The position numbers and the translations under genes were made by a program. A DNA stretch of 64,000 nucleotides from the NCBI GenBank assembly GCA_038087875.1, contig CM075998.1:3226001-3290000 (forward strand). Reading direction: 5' to 3'. This document shows, one piece after another, positions 1 through 12,442 of the stretch; positions within the stretch are counted from its first letter, which is position 1; every line of letters begins with the position of its first letter. The DNA is from Malacoraja senta. Lineage: Eukaryota. The notes under the pieces are model-generated. The model had not been told where the DNA came from. It saw only the letters and a program-made list of their open reading frames with translations, and made no database searches.

Positions 1-40
1 GTGCCTGGAAATCGCTGCTGGGGGTGGAGGCAGGGACATA

Positions 41-1040
41 CAATGCCCACCATAATATTTGGGACAAAGACCCATCATTTATTTATTTGCCTCTGTACTC
101 CACAATTTTGAGATTTGTAATAGAAAAAAAATCACGTGGTGCACATTGTCAGATTTTATTAAAGGCCATTTTTATACATTTTGGTTTCACCATGTAGAAA
201 TTACAGCTGTGTGTATACATAGTCCCCCCTATTTCAAGGCACCATAATGTTTGGGACACATGGCTTCACATGTGTTTGTAATTGCTCAGGTGTGTTTAAT
301 TGCCTCCTTAATGCAGGTATAAGAGAGCTCTCAGCACCTAGTCTTTCCTCCAGTCTTTCCATCACCTTTGGAAACTTTTATTGCTGTTTATCAACACGAG
401 GACCAAAGTTGTGCCAATGAAAGATATAGAAGCCATTATGAGACTGAGAAACAAGAATAAAACTGTTAGAGATATCAGTCAAACCTTAGGCTGACCAAAA
501 TCAACTGTTTGGAACATCATTCAGAAGAAAGAGAGCACTGGGGAGCTTACGAATTGCAAAGGGACTGGCCAAGTCAATCACCTGATCTGAACCCAATTGA
601 GCATGCCTTTTATTTTTTGAAGAGAAAACTGAAGGGGACTAGCCCCCAAAACAAGCATAAGCTAAAGATGGCTGCAAAACAGGCCTGACAGTGCATCACC
701 AGAGAAGACACCCAGCAACTGGTGATGTCCATGAATCGCAGACTTCAAGCAGTCATTGCATGCAAAGGATATGCAACAAAATACTAAACATGACTACTTT
801 CATTTACATGACATTGCTGTGTCCCAAACACTATGTTGCCCTGAAATAGCGGGGACTGCATAAACACTGCTGTAATTTCGACATGATGGAACTGAAATGT
901 ATAAAAATGGCCTTTATTAAAATCTGACAATGTGCATTTTAACCACATGTGATTTTTTCTATTACCAATCTCAAATTGTGGAGTACAGAGGCAAATAAAT
1001 ACATGATGGGTCTTTGTCCCAAACATTATGGAGGGCACTG
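41..1040 (+). mobile_element. Internally deleted Tc1/mariner (IR/DR-type) DNA transposon
   Basis: TA flanks at 39-40 and 1041-1042; ~220 bp imperfect TIRs (CAATGCCCACCATAATATTTGGGACAAAGACC / GGTCTTTGTCCCAAACATTATGGAGGGCACTG) with inner direct repeat CCATAATGTTTGGGACA; degenerate N-terminal HTH (..NKTVRDISQTLG..KSTVWNII..) joined directly to the C-terminal WPSQSPDLNPIEH motif at ~567-605. Confidence 0.9.
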
Positions 1041-1145
1041 TAGGTCATGTGCAGGCAGAGGAGATTAGTTTAACTTGGCATCATTTTTGGCATGGACATT
1101 ATGGGCTGAAGGGCCTATTCCTTGCTGTGCTCTAAATGACCAGAC

Positions 1146-1530
1146 CAGGGGTGGGGAACCTTTTCATGTTGGAATGTCGCATTAAGTTAACTGTAATCTA
1201 ATAAGGCCGCATCCAAGAAACTTCAATTAGATATACTTAAAAATTTGCATTATTTTGTAAAAATCTAACTACTATGTATGTACTAACTTCAAGAAAATGA
1301 AAAAAAATTGGTAATTCTAAAGTTAACTAACCTTTTAATGACTTTGTTGTGACTGCTTTTTGTGGGAAAGCATTTGAATATTTGGTTGCAACATGGAGGT
1401 ACGCAGTTTCAGCTGATCTTCTAGATGTGTATCCGTCATTTGTGACCTTAAGGGTGTCTTGATTTGGGTTGGGTAGGAGAATGTAGATTCGCAGCAGTAA
1501 GTGGTTGAAAAGCAAGAATGCATTTTTCGT
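1146..1530 (-). mobile_element. hAT (Charlie/Buster-like) transposon 3' fragment with one TIR
   Basis: TIR-like CAGGGGTGGGGAACC at 1146; ORF 1335-1523(-) FSTTYCCESTFS..IKTPLRSQMTDTHLEDQLKLRTS..KKQSQQSH resembles the hAT C-terminal dimerisation domain. Confidence 0.75.
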
Positions 1531-2935
1531 GCATGTTGTGGGAGGAAACCGAAGCACCCGGAGAAAACCCACGCAGGTCACGGGGAGAACGTGCAAACTC
1601 CGTACAGACAGCAGCCGTAGTCGGGATCGAACCCGGGTCTCTGGCGCTGTGAGGCAGCAACTCTACCACTGCGCCACCGTGCCGACCATTGACGTGACTT
1701 TATTTTTCTTGCACTTGCTGTCTGAAAGGTGCTTTCTGAATTTGATGAAACGGATGTAAGATTTAAGTTTTTCTCTCTTTGAAATTGTTCAAACATCTAC
1801 ACTGTACCTTTAACAAATAGAAATTTAAAGTGAAAATAAAGTCATCCCTCTGTATAACATGAAGACAGACACAAAAAGCTGTAGTAATTCAACGGGTCAG
1901 GCAGCATCTCTGGAGTGTGACATGATGAGTCTATGATAAGAGTGGAGGTTTTCAAAGGTCATTTAAAGGTCTTTGATATGTTGCCGTTCAGGAAAAAAAT
2001 GAATCGTGTGAGATTTTAAAGGTGAATGAGGCAACATATATTAGTGCTTTATTGAAGGACTGAAATGCAAATCCTAATTCGTGGATGTGTAATACTGTGC
2101 GCTACAATAGTACAGCGGTAGAGCTGCTGCCTCACCGCACGATCCACACCCCGGGTGCTGTCTGGGTGGAGTTTGCACCTTCTCCCCGTGACCGTGTGGG
2201 TTTCCTCCGGGTGCTCCAGTTTCCTCCCACATCCCAAAGACGTGCGTGTTTGTAGGCGATGTGACCTTTGTAAGTTGCCCCTAGTCTGCAATATATAGGA
2301 TGAGAAGGTGGGATGACGTTTACCCTCCTCCCTCCATGTGGAAAATGTCCTCCGGAGATCCTTAAAATATTCCCCCTCTATATTAAACTTCTGTCATCTC
2401 GTTGTAGACTCCCCTATTTATCTACCCCTCTTTTTTCATAAACCTCTAAGGTCACTACTTGCCCTCTGAAGTTCCAGTGTGAACAATCCCAGCCGTCCAG
2501 TTTCTCCCTGTAAATAAAGCCCTCCATCAGCTTATCATATGCCAAGTGTCATTGAACCAATGTCCTGACCAGTTGCAATGTGATGTGACTTTAATGCCCC
2601 CCTGTATTGACTGGGACTTGGACTCCAACATCCCTCTGCACAGGATTAGTGTTTGGTGGGGCATCTTGGTGCCCAGAGACAAGTTGGGCCGAAGGGCCTG
2701 TTTCCATGCGTTTTGACTTTGGGCTGCGTCGTGGCAACCTTGGAACCCTGCTGAAACATTGCAGAAACATTTTTACCAGTTCAGTCGGCTGCTTCTGTTT
2801 CTGCTGAGTCAGCCTTTGCCGACCGTAATGCATTTTTGTCCTCCCTTTTTAAAAATCTTATCTTTTTTCTTTGTATCTGCTGCAGGGAACGTGGCTTCTT
2901 CAGAGAACTTTGAGTGTGGACTCATTCCATTCACC

Positions 2936-2969
2936 ATGGACCCAGACCAGGACAACGCAGAGAACACAG
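2936..2969 (+). CDS. SLC11A2: SLC11A2/DMT1 exon 2 coding part (MDPDQDNAENT); exon spans 2886-2969
   Basis: ACCATGG Kozak context, AG acceptor at 2884-2885, GT donor at 2970; 34 coding nt, phase 1, in frame with the next exon. Confidence 0.8.
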
Positions 2970-3106
2970 GTAAAGACAGTGCTTGTATTCTGCAAATATC
3001 CAAATCATCGTGCCAGAAGGTGATGGTGGAAGGTTATTTTTCAGTCTGGAGGCTTATACTCAATGACTTTATTAGCCAAGTATGTTTTGCAACATACGAG
3101 CAATTT

Positions 3107-4639
3107 TTTTTTATTTTTTTTTTATTTTTTATTTTTATTTTTTTTTATTTTTATTTATTAGAAGTACATTACATTACAACCACATACATTAATACTCGTC
3201 ATTTGTATCTTCTTACAATTAATGTACTCCCTTTATTATTTTTTTTTACACTAGAAAAGGAAAAGATTGAAAGAAAGAAGAAAGTGAAGGAAAAAGTGAA
3301 AGTGTAGAAAAGTGTAGAAAATGTAACAACAAAAAAGGACGAAGACCCTATAAGAGCGAAATTAAAAACTAAAAAAAAAAGAGTTAAGAGATAGGCCCTA
3401 GGAAAAAAAAGAGAAAGAGAGGAAAAAGAAAAAAATATATATATATTTTTTTTTGAGTATTACGTAAATAGGACAAACCAACTCTTCAACTATCATCCCC
3501 CCTTACCTGACCTCAATTTTTTTTTTTTTTTTTAAGTACTTTTGCACCCTATGTTTGTAATAATTCTATAAATGCAGACCACGTCAGGTGGAAGTGATCT
3601 GGTTTACCTGCTAGGAGGAGTCTTATCTCTTCTAGGTGTAATGTTTCAAACATATTTGAAATCCACATATTTATAGTTGGTATTGGAGCCTTCTTCCAAA
3701 ATTTTAGAATTAGCTTTTTTCCAGTTATTAACCCATAGTCCATTAATTTCTTTTGAAACACATTTAGTTCTGGATCATCTTCCGTTATTCCGAAGATAAT
3801 CCATTCTGCTTTGGGTATCCGTCTTGTTTTAAATAACTTTGTAAAGATTTCAAAAATTTCATTCCAAAATTTTTGAATTTTTGTACAGAAGACGAATGAG
3901 TGCGCTATAGTAGCTTCTTGGGATTGACATTTATCACAAATAGATGATACGTTTGGGAAAATTTTATGAATTTTAGTTTTCGAATAATATAATCTATGTA
4001 AAATTTTAAATTGTATTAAAGTGTGTCTTACATTAATCGAGCATTTATGCACGTTTAATAAGTATTCATTCCAACTTTCCTTTGAAATTTTAATAGCTAA
4101 CTCTTGTTCCCAGTCTCTTCTGATACCCTCCGTAGGTGGTATTTGTACATTTAAAATAATATTATACAAATATGATATTAAGTTTGCTGATTCCGCTTTT
4201 ATCTGCATTGCCTCGTCCAATACATCTACTGGGTTATTATAATGATCTTTTGTATATTTTTTTGAAATAGTCGCATATATGAAAATATTTAAAATATTGA
4301 TTATTTCCGAGTTTATATTTTATTTGTAATTGTTGAAATGAAAGTAATTTTCCAGTTTCATACAAGTCACCAAGCGTTTTAATTCCTAGTCTATCCCATT
4401 GTGTATAAGCTTTATCTATAATAGGACTAAACGAAGGGTTATTGACTATAGGTAATAAAAGTGATAAATTTCTTAATTTTAAATTTTGTTTTATTTGTTT
4501 CCAATTACGGATTGTACTATGAATAATTGGGTTCTTATTATAATTTATGTTATTCAGTTTCATTGGAGAGAGGAGGATCGCTCCAATGTTTCTAGAGGAG
4601 CAATCCTCTTTCTCCATTACAATCCAGTCTACTTGACAC
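3107..4639 (-). mobile_element. 5'-truncated L1-clade LINE with A-rich tail, frameshifted ORF2 C-terminus
   Basis: ORFs 4237-4641 and 3549-4220 closely match the C-terminus of the 31493-34450 ORF, including the CxxC..HxxxxC motif; T-rich tail at ~3104-3160; 15-bp TSD ACATACGAGCAATTT at 3092-3106 and 4640-4654. Confidence 0.92.
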
Positions 4640-4792
4640 ACATACGAGCAATTTGATTTGCCATACAGTCATACTAATAAAAAGCAACAGAACACACAAA
4701 ATGGGCAACGTTTCGGGTCGAAACCCTTCTATTTCCTTCGCTCCATAGATGCTGCCTCACCCGCTGAGTTTCTCCAGCATTTTTGTCTGACA

Positions 4793-5213
4793 TCCCTACC
4801 ATTGAGGGGACCTCCCTACCATTGAGGGGACCTTTTCGAGGCAGTCGCTGCCTCAAAAAGGCTGCCAGCGTCATCAAGGACCCACCATCCTGGCCATACA
4901 CTCACCTCACCGCTGCCATCGGGTAGAAGGTGCAGGAGCCTGAAATCTGCAACATCCAGATTCAGGAACAGCTTCTTCCCCACAGCCATCAGACTATTAA
5001 ACACAACTTCAAACAAACTATGAACTATAACAGCCTATTGCACTTTATCTGTTTATTTATGTTTATGTGTGTATATATATATATATTCGATGATATATGG
5101 ACACACCGATCTGATCTGTATTAATGACTACAATATTCTGTTGTGCTGAAGCAAAGCAAGAATTTCATTGTCCTATCTGGGACACATGACAATAAACTCT
5201 CTTGACTCTTGAC
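4793..5213 (+). mobile_element. Rex1/Babar-like LINE 3' fragment
   Basis: Encodes CLKKAASVIKDP.HPGH..SPLPSGRR.RSL...SRFRNSFFP.AIRLLN; AATAAA then a (CTTGACT)n tail; related copies at ~13525-14170(-) and ~54205-54832(-). Confidence 0.65.
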
Positions 5214-6016
5214 ACACAAAATACATATCCACTCCCTGTTATATCCCTTTGCCTATCCAAAAGACTCTTAAATCCCACTATCGTATCCACCTCCATTGCC
5301 TCCCCTGGCAGTATGTTCCAGGCATTCACCGTTGTGTGTGTTTGTTTGTGTGGGGGGGGAGACCTTGCACTGCATATCTCCTTTAACACTTTGGCCCTCA
5401 CGGTAACGCCATGACCCCTCTAGTGTTTGAACTCACTGGTCACAGACCTGAAGCCTGAATATTGTCCTTCCACCACAGCCCCCTGTCTTTTCTCAGTAAG
5501 CCAGTTGTGAATCAATGCATCCCGTTTAACCCGTGCAGGCTCACAAATTAAAAACAAGCTGCAACGTGCTGCAGTAACTCAGCGGTCGGTCATGGCAACA
5601 TCTGTGGAGATGCTGATGCCTGATCTGCTGAGTTACTGCAGCACCTTGTTTTTTTAAATTAATGGAAAGAAGAATATCCATGGTTCATTATATGCCTCAT
5701 ATTTTTGTGCTGCTTCATCTTCTGCTTAAAAAATAATTCCTGTTTTAACCTGGTAGATGAAGTTTTGTGATGCTCCACTTGTCTTCATTGAACAAGAGTT
5801 GAATCTTATAAGTGCCTCCGGGTACGTCAGTGGCTAAGGAAATTACCAAACCAAATTCTTAGCTGTAGCTCAAGGGGAAAAACAAAATGTGAGGTGCCCA
5901 TGCGAGTGATTTAAGACTTGAGAGCTAATGTGATAAGACAACTGGCATTTGGTTTTGTTCTTTTCTAGCGATACATGGCGGAAACAGTCCCTTCGGCACA
6001 CCAATTCCGTACCAAC

Positions 6017-6210
6017 CACACACACTCTCTCACTCTCTCACGCACTCGCTCTCACGCACTCACTCTCATGCACTCTCTCTCACGCACTCTCTCTCACGCA
6101 CTCTCTCTCACGCACTCTCTCTCACGCACTCTCTCTCACGCACTCTCTCTCACGCACTCTCTCTCACGCACGCTCTCTCTCGCTCTCGCACTCGCACTCT
6201 CTCTCTCACC
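6017..6210. repeat. Compound microsatellite, ~14-bp unit CTCTCTCTCACGCA, inside a minus-strand SINE
   Basis: Directly visible tandem array. Confidence 0.95.
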
Positions 6211-9200
6211 ACACAACCTGTACGTCTTTGGAGTGTGGGAGGAAACCGAAGATCTCTGACATGCAGGTTACGGGGAGAGCGTACAAACTCTGCACAGACA
6301 AGCACCCGTAGTCGGGATCGACGCTGGGTCTCTGACAATAGACAATAGGTGTAGGCCATTCGGCCCTTCGAGCCAGCACGGCCATTCACAGTGATCAGTC
6401 CTGATCATCCACAATCAGTACCCTGTTCTGGTGCTATAAGGGCAGTAGCTCTACAACTACGCCACCGTGCTGCCCAATTCTTCACATTATAATAATTCAC
6501 TGGGATATCCCAAGGCAAATTGAATGATTTTTGAAATTTAGCCGCCAATATAATGAAGGGCACCAATGGCCTATTTGCCTGAAATCAGTCTGAAGAAGGG
6601 TCTCGGCCCGAAACGTCACCTATTCCTTCGCTCCATAGATGCTGCCTCACCCGCTGAGTTTCTCCAGCATTTTTGCCTACCTAATGACCTATTTGTGAAC
6701 AGCAAGATCCTGCAAGCAGGAGTAAATGGTCTTTTTCAGCGTGGCAGGCAATATCTAGTCGGGTCAGGGGGGGGGGGGGGCAGTGTTTGGGCTCCAGCTA
6801 TTCACTATTTACAAAGATACTTTGGATGAGGAAACCACATGTGATGTTTCTGAGTGCACTGACAACACAAACAATATAAAGAGACGTCAAGGTGAGTTGG
6901 ACACGTGGCGCGAGTGGGGAAATGCGTGGGAGTTGCGGAATAATGTGGATAAAAGCGAAAATCCCCACTGCTGTCAAAAAAAAAGGCTGTGTTATTTGAA
7001 TGGTGCAAGATTGTGAAATGTTGATATGCAAAAGGATCACGGTGATCTTACAAAGGCCGTGACAACCTCAGTCTACGTTGGCAAAGTAAAAATCTCCTAC
7101 AATGACGACCCTGATGGTTCTGCAGCTGCCTGGCATATTTGCTCTATTTGCGGGCCTCTAGTACACTTCCAACAAGGTGAGCATCTCTTTTTATTTCTCT
7201 CCCCCTGCCCTTGCAGATTCGACTGATTTAAAATTGGGACGAGCTGCCTAAAATGACTTTGCCTTGCCAACTTTTTCCGGAAAAGCATGCCGCACTTGCG
7301 CAATCATTTCGTGTAAATACGTGTCTCCAAACCACTTTCTTCAATGTGATATCACCCCATTCTCTGCAGCTGAGCAGCTGGTTCCAAAGACAATAGACAA
7401 CAGGTGCAGGAGTAGGCCCTTCGAGCCAGCACCGCCATTCAATGTGATCATGGCTGATCATCCCCAATCAGTACCCCGTTCCTGCCTTCTCCCCATATCC
7501 CCTGACTCCGCTATCTTTAAGAGCTCTATCTAACTCTCTCTTGAAAGCATCCAGAGAATTGGCCTCCACTGCCTTCTGAGGCAGAGAATTCCACAGACTC
7601 ACAACTCTCTGGGTGGAAAGGTTTTTCCTCATCTCCGTTCGAAATGTTGTGGAATTGAAAAGTAGGTTAATTGGCTTCTGTAAAGATCTCAGGAGAGACT
7701 GCATCGCCTGGGATTGTTTTCGCTGGTGTGAAGGAGGCTGATTGAATGGCCATTTTAGAGGTTTGGGCACAAGAGACACAGCTCGGAAACAGGCCCTTCA
7801 GTCCACCGAGTCCGCGCCAACCACAGATCCCACTGTCTACTAGCACTAGGGGCAATTTATACTTTTTTTTAACCAAAGCCATTTTGCCTACAAACTTGTA
7901 TGTTTTTTTTAGTGTGGGAGCACCCAGAGAAAACCCACAGGGAGATCGTACAAACTCTGTAGAGACAGCACCCATAGTCGGGATCGAACCATATAACCAT
8001 ACAACAATTACAGCACGCAAACAGGCCATCTCAGCCCTTCTAGTCCGTGCCGAACACTTACTCTCCCCTAGTCCCATCTACCTGCACTCAGACCATAACC
8101 CTCCATTCCTTTCCCGTCCATATACCTATCCAATTTATTTTTAAATGATAAAATCGAACCTGCCTCCACCACTTCCACTGGAGGCAGAACCCTGGTCTCT
8201 TACGCCGTAAGCACAGCAACTCTACCACTTGCCATTTATAAAAGCATGAGGGGCGTAGATAAGGTAAATAGCTGCAGCCACAGATTAGAGGGGAAAGATT
8301 TAAAGGGAGGCTGATGGCCAGAGGGCAATGGGTACAAGGAATGTGGTGCCAGAGGACATAGTTGAGGCAGGGACTATGGCAGCAGTTCAGATGTTTGGAC
8401 AGGTACATGGATAAGAAAAGTGTGAGGGGGATATGGGCCAAATGCAGGCAAGTGGGGTTAGCGTAGATGGGCAACTTGGTTAGCATGGACGGGCCAGGCC
8501 AAAGGGTCTGCTTCAGTGCTGTATACTGAAACGGCACTCTGCGTGTGACTCTGACTCTACAAATGGGCTGAGCCAGACGATTTGAAATCTTAAACCATTT
8601 CACCCACTTAGTTTGCACATGCCTGTGATTCAGTCGTCACCCAACCACTGCCGAAAGCTCTTTTATACTCCTGTTTCTTCAGTGCGTTGTTTGCAGTCCT
8701 CACATATTCAAAATCTTGGCCTGCTCAGTCAGCATTCCCATCTTTGCCAAGTTGCAATTAGCTTTTTTCTATACACAACGAGAGCTTTAAAATCCCATTC
8801 CTCGCATTCCTACAAAGCGTCATTTCACACAATCTTTGTAATTTGCTTTTAAGCTCCCTGCATCCATGTGAATCTGACCATTATATCTCGTTCTGCTCCT
8901 GGGCTATTGTTAAGGGCCTGCCCCACTTTCACCAACTAATTCACGACGTCTGCCGAGTTTGCCCGTGACTCATACGTGCAACATAGTCGTAGGTAGGTCG
9001 TGATGCTAGTCGTAGGTACTCGAGACATCAAGTAGGTCGGGGCGTTTTTTCTAGCCTGATGAAAAATGTCCACGAGTTAAAAAGGTCGTGAATTAGGTCG
9101 TGCAAGTGGGACAGGCCCTTTACTTCAGTGGCTACCTTTTTGCAATTCACTGCTTTTTTTAAATGAGCGTATTCAAAACCAACATTTTGCCTCTGGACAT

Positions 9201-10129
9201 TTGAAGCTAACGCCATGGGTTGCTCATGCTATTTTTATTCCGTTTTCTTTCTTTTCCTGCCTATATATACACATGATGCATGATTCCTAAATATAGGGCA
9301 CAAACTATTGGTTTGGTCCTTCAACCACTGGCTTTTATCTAAACATGGAGCTTGTACGGTGGGATTGTGGACCTGACTCATTTTGTGCAGCGCATCAATA
9401 CTTATGAGCTCTCGAGCGGCAGAAGATGTGACCAGCTCCTTAAAGTAATCACTCAGCCACTTCTACCTAATCACTGCATTTTACTCCCTGAACTTCGACA
9501 CTACCTTTCTTCCATGATCCTCAAATCCCATCCCTTTCCCTGATATCTGACCGCTGGAGGACAAAGAAGGGAGGAGACATTAGACAATAGGTGCAGGAGG
9601 AGGCTATTCGGCCCTTCGAGCCAGCACTGCCATTCAATGTGATCATGGCTGATCATCCACAATCAGTACCCCGTTCCTGCCTTCTCCCCATATCCCCTGA
9701 CTCCGCTATCTTTAAGAGCCCTATCTAGCTCTCTTGAACGTATCCAGAGAACCGACCTCCACAGCCCTCTGAGGCAGAGAATACCACACTCACAACTCTC
9801 TGTGTGAAAAAGTGTTTCCTCGTCTGATTGAACTTTTTTGCGCCTTCCATCACAGTGAGGAATGCGGAGGAGTCGCTGTGGTGGATGTTCATGTTCAAAT
9901 GTATTTTGTGTGTTCTGTTGCTTTTTATTTATTATATGACTGTACGGCAAATCAAATTCCTCATATGTTGCAAAACATACTTGGCTAATAAAGTATGATT
10001 ATGATCTCCACTACTAGCAGTTATCCAAGCAAGTGAAGAGTGTTCCATCACACTCCTGACTTGTTGCCTGCAGATGGTGGAAAGGCTGTGGGGTGTCAGG
10101 ATACTCCGTCCTGACTAGTAACTCTAGTA

Positions 10130-10460
10130 TGTCCTGGGTCTCCTCCATGGCCACAGCGAGCAACACCGGAAATTGGAGGAAATGCACCTCATATTCCGCT
10201 TGGGCAGTCTACATCCTGGGGGCTTGAACATTGAATTCTCCCAATTCTGCTAGCCCTTGCTGTCCCCTCCCCTTCATCAGCCCTCTGGTTGTCTCCTCCC
10301 CTCCCCCAGCCCTCGGGCTCCTCCTCCGCCTTTTTTCCTTTCTTCTCCCCACCCCCTATCAGTCTGAAGAAGGGTTTCGGCCCGAAACGTTGCCTGTTTC
10401 CTTCGCTCCATAGATGCTGCTGCACCCGCTGAGTTTCTCCAGCATTTTTGTGTACCTAGT
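10130..10460 (+). mobile_element. Penelope-like element 3' fragment (end of GIY-YIG region plus pLTR)
   Basis: ..LGLLHGHSEQHRKLEE.HLIFRLGSLHPGGLNIEFS.F* followed by a pyrimidine tract and CTGAAGAAGGG..CCCGAAACG. Confidence 0.75.
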
Positions 10461-10541
10461 ATTTATGTGGCAGGTTCACTTTCTGATCAACAGTGATCCT
10501 GTTTTTTCTCATCTTTCCCTCGCGTTCTTTTTCTTTTTCAG

Positions 10542-10681
10542 AAACACAGCTAGAACCTAACGGTGAGAATAGCACTCACATGAGGTACAGCGCCATCACT
10601 CCTCCGGCATCTCCTGATCTATTGGAGGGGAATTCACAAACCTACTTGGATGAAAGGATCCCAATTCCAGATGATAGTTCG
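10542..10681 (+). CDS. SLC11A2: SLC11A2 exon 3 (ETQLEPNGENS...YLDERIPIPDDSS)
   Basis: Polypyrimidine-AG acceptor, GTGAGC donor, phase 1/0; YLDERIPIP resembles the NRAMP N-terminal motif. Confidence 0.9.
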
Positions 10682-11229
10682 GTGAGCAAATCCTTGGTTC
10701 CTGGAACAATTTATTAGGCCATTTGTCTATTGTCTATTGCCATGAGTGATAGGAGCAGAATTAGGCCATTTGGCCCATCGAGTCTACTCCACCATTCAGT
10801 TGTGGCTGATCTATCTCTCCCTCCTAACCCCATTTTCCTGCCTCCTCCCCATAACCCCTGTCACCCGTACTAATCGAGAATTATTCCCACCATCTAGTTC
10901 AGTCCTTCCCTGTGTTCCCATGTCACCTTAATGAAGATGGACACCAAGTGCTGGAGTAGCTAACTGGGTCAGTCAGCATCTCAGGAGAAAAAGGATAGAC
11001 GATGTTTCGGGTCGGGACCCTTCTTCAGACTCTGAAGCTTTGCCATCTAGTATTTGAGGGTTTTTCTCCATCCTGGGTAAAAGGTTCTCACTGTCCACTC
11101 TATCCACGCCTCTCATAATTTGATATCGTTCTATCTAGCTCCCCGCAACCTCCGGCGTTCCAGAGAAAAGAATCCAAGTCTGTCCAACTGCTCCCTGTAG
11201 CCAATAACCCCATATCCAGCCATCGTTCG

Positions 11230-11820
11230 GATCTACTATATCCGTTGTTCTTGGTGTGGACTTCTATACATCGATGAGACCAAACGCAGACTGGGGGGTC
11301 GTTTCGCTGAACACCTCGGCTCAGTCCATCTAGGCCTACGCCATCTCCCGGTTGACAAACACTTTAACCCCCCCTCCCATTCCCGCACTGACATTTCTGT
11401 CCTGGGCCTCCTCCATTGTCAGAGTGAGGCCACACGCAAATTGGAGGAACAACACCTCATATTTAGCTTGGGCGGCTTACACCCCAGCGGTATGAACGTT
11501 GATTTCTCTAATTTCAAGTAACCCTTGCATTCCCTCTCTATCTCCCTCCCCCCCACGCCCCCCACCTAGACGTCCTACTAGTTCCACTGTTTGCATCATT
11601 GCATCACCTCTTCAACAGGCAACAATGGGCCATTCTGGGCTCTGCCCTTCCTTGGTCATCTGTTGCCCGCCCTGATTTGTTCTGGCCTTGTCCTACATCC
11701 AGTTCCCTGCCCTCTACTTTCAGTCTGAAGAAGGGTCTTGACCCGAAACGTCACCCATTGCTTCTCTCCAGAGATGCTGCCGGTCCCGCTGAGTTACCAG
11801 CAATTTGTGTCTATCTTCAA
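11230..11820 (+). mobile_element. Penelope-like element 3' fragment (GIY-YIG)
   Basis: YYIRCS.CGLLYI.ETKRRLG.RFAEHL.SV...HFN..SHS..D.SVLGL, then pLTR with a hammerhead-like core at ~11725-11752. Confidence 0.8.
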
Positions 11821-12319
11821 TTTTCTTGGCCCCGCTCTGGGAGTAGGAGTGGGGGCGGATCCGGATCCGCAACGGCCGTGAGCCCCAGGCCGAGCTCGGC
11901 GATCGTTTGCCTGCTTCTGCTGCTGTTGGAGGTGAGACGTTGAGAGTCTTGGGCCTGTCCCACTTTGGCCGTCAGTTACGCGACAGGCTGGTGGCGAGCA
12001 AAGATTTCGTGCAGGACGAAGTCCACACTCCTCCACACTCCTCCACTCCATGCGCCAGTCCCGCGCTACCCACGCGCTACCCACATGCTAGCAGGTCGCG
12101 TGAATGACGGCCAAGTGGGACAGGCCCTTAATGGGACTAGCTCAGGAAGGAGCCATAATTATTATGTACAAGTTCGGCAAAAGGACTGCAAACTCTATCT
12201 TTTAATGCCAGCTTTAAACAAAAAAAAGAACATTCTTGTCTACCATCTTCATCGATGTGTGAAAGAATGCTTGCAGTTCTGTTTTCTGGTGTCTAACACT
12301 GCTCTGTTTGTGCCTGCAG

Positions 12320-12442
12320 ACTCGGTTCAGTTTTCGGAAGCTCTGGGCCTTTACAGGACCTGGGTTTCTCATGAGTATTGCTTATCTGGACCCGGGAAAC
12401 ATTGAATCGGACCTTCAGTCTGGAGCTGTGGCCGGGTTTAAG
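12320..12442 (+). CDS. SLC11A2: SLC11A2 exon 4 ([39 protein letters not shown])
   Basis: NRAMP TM1 DPGN metal-binding motif; AG/GT boundaries; 123 nt. Confidence 0.98.

Noticed and set aside
5949..6311. His/Ser/Leu-rich ORFs
   Set aside because: Translation of a microsatellite within a SINE
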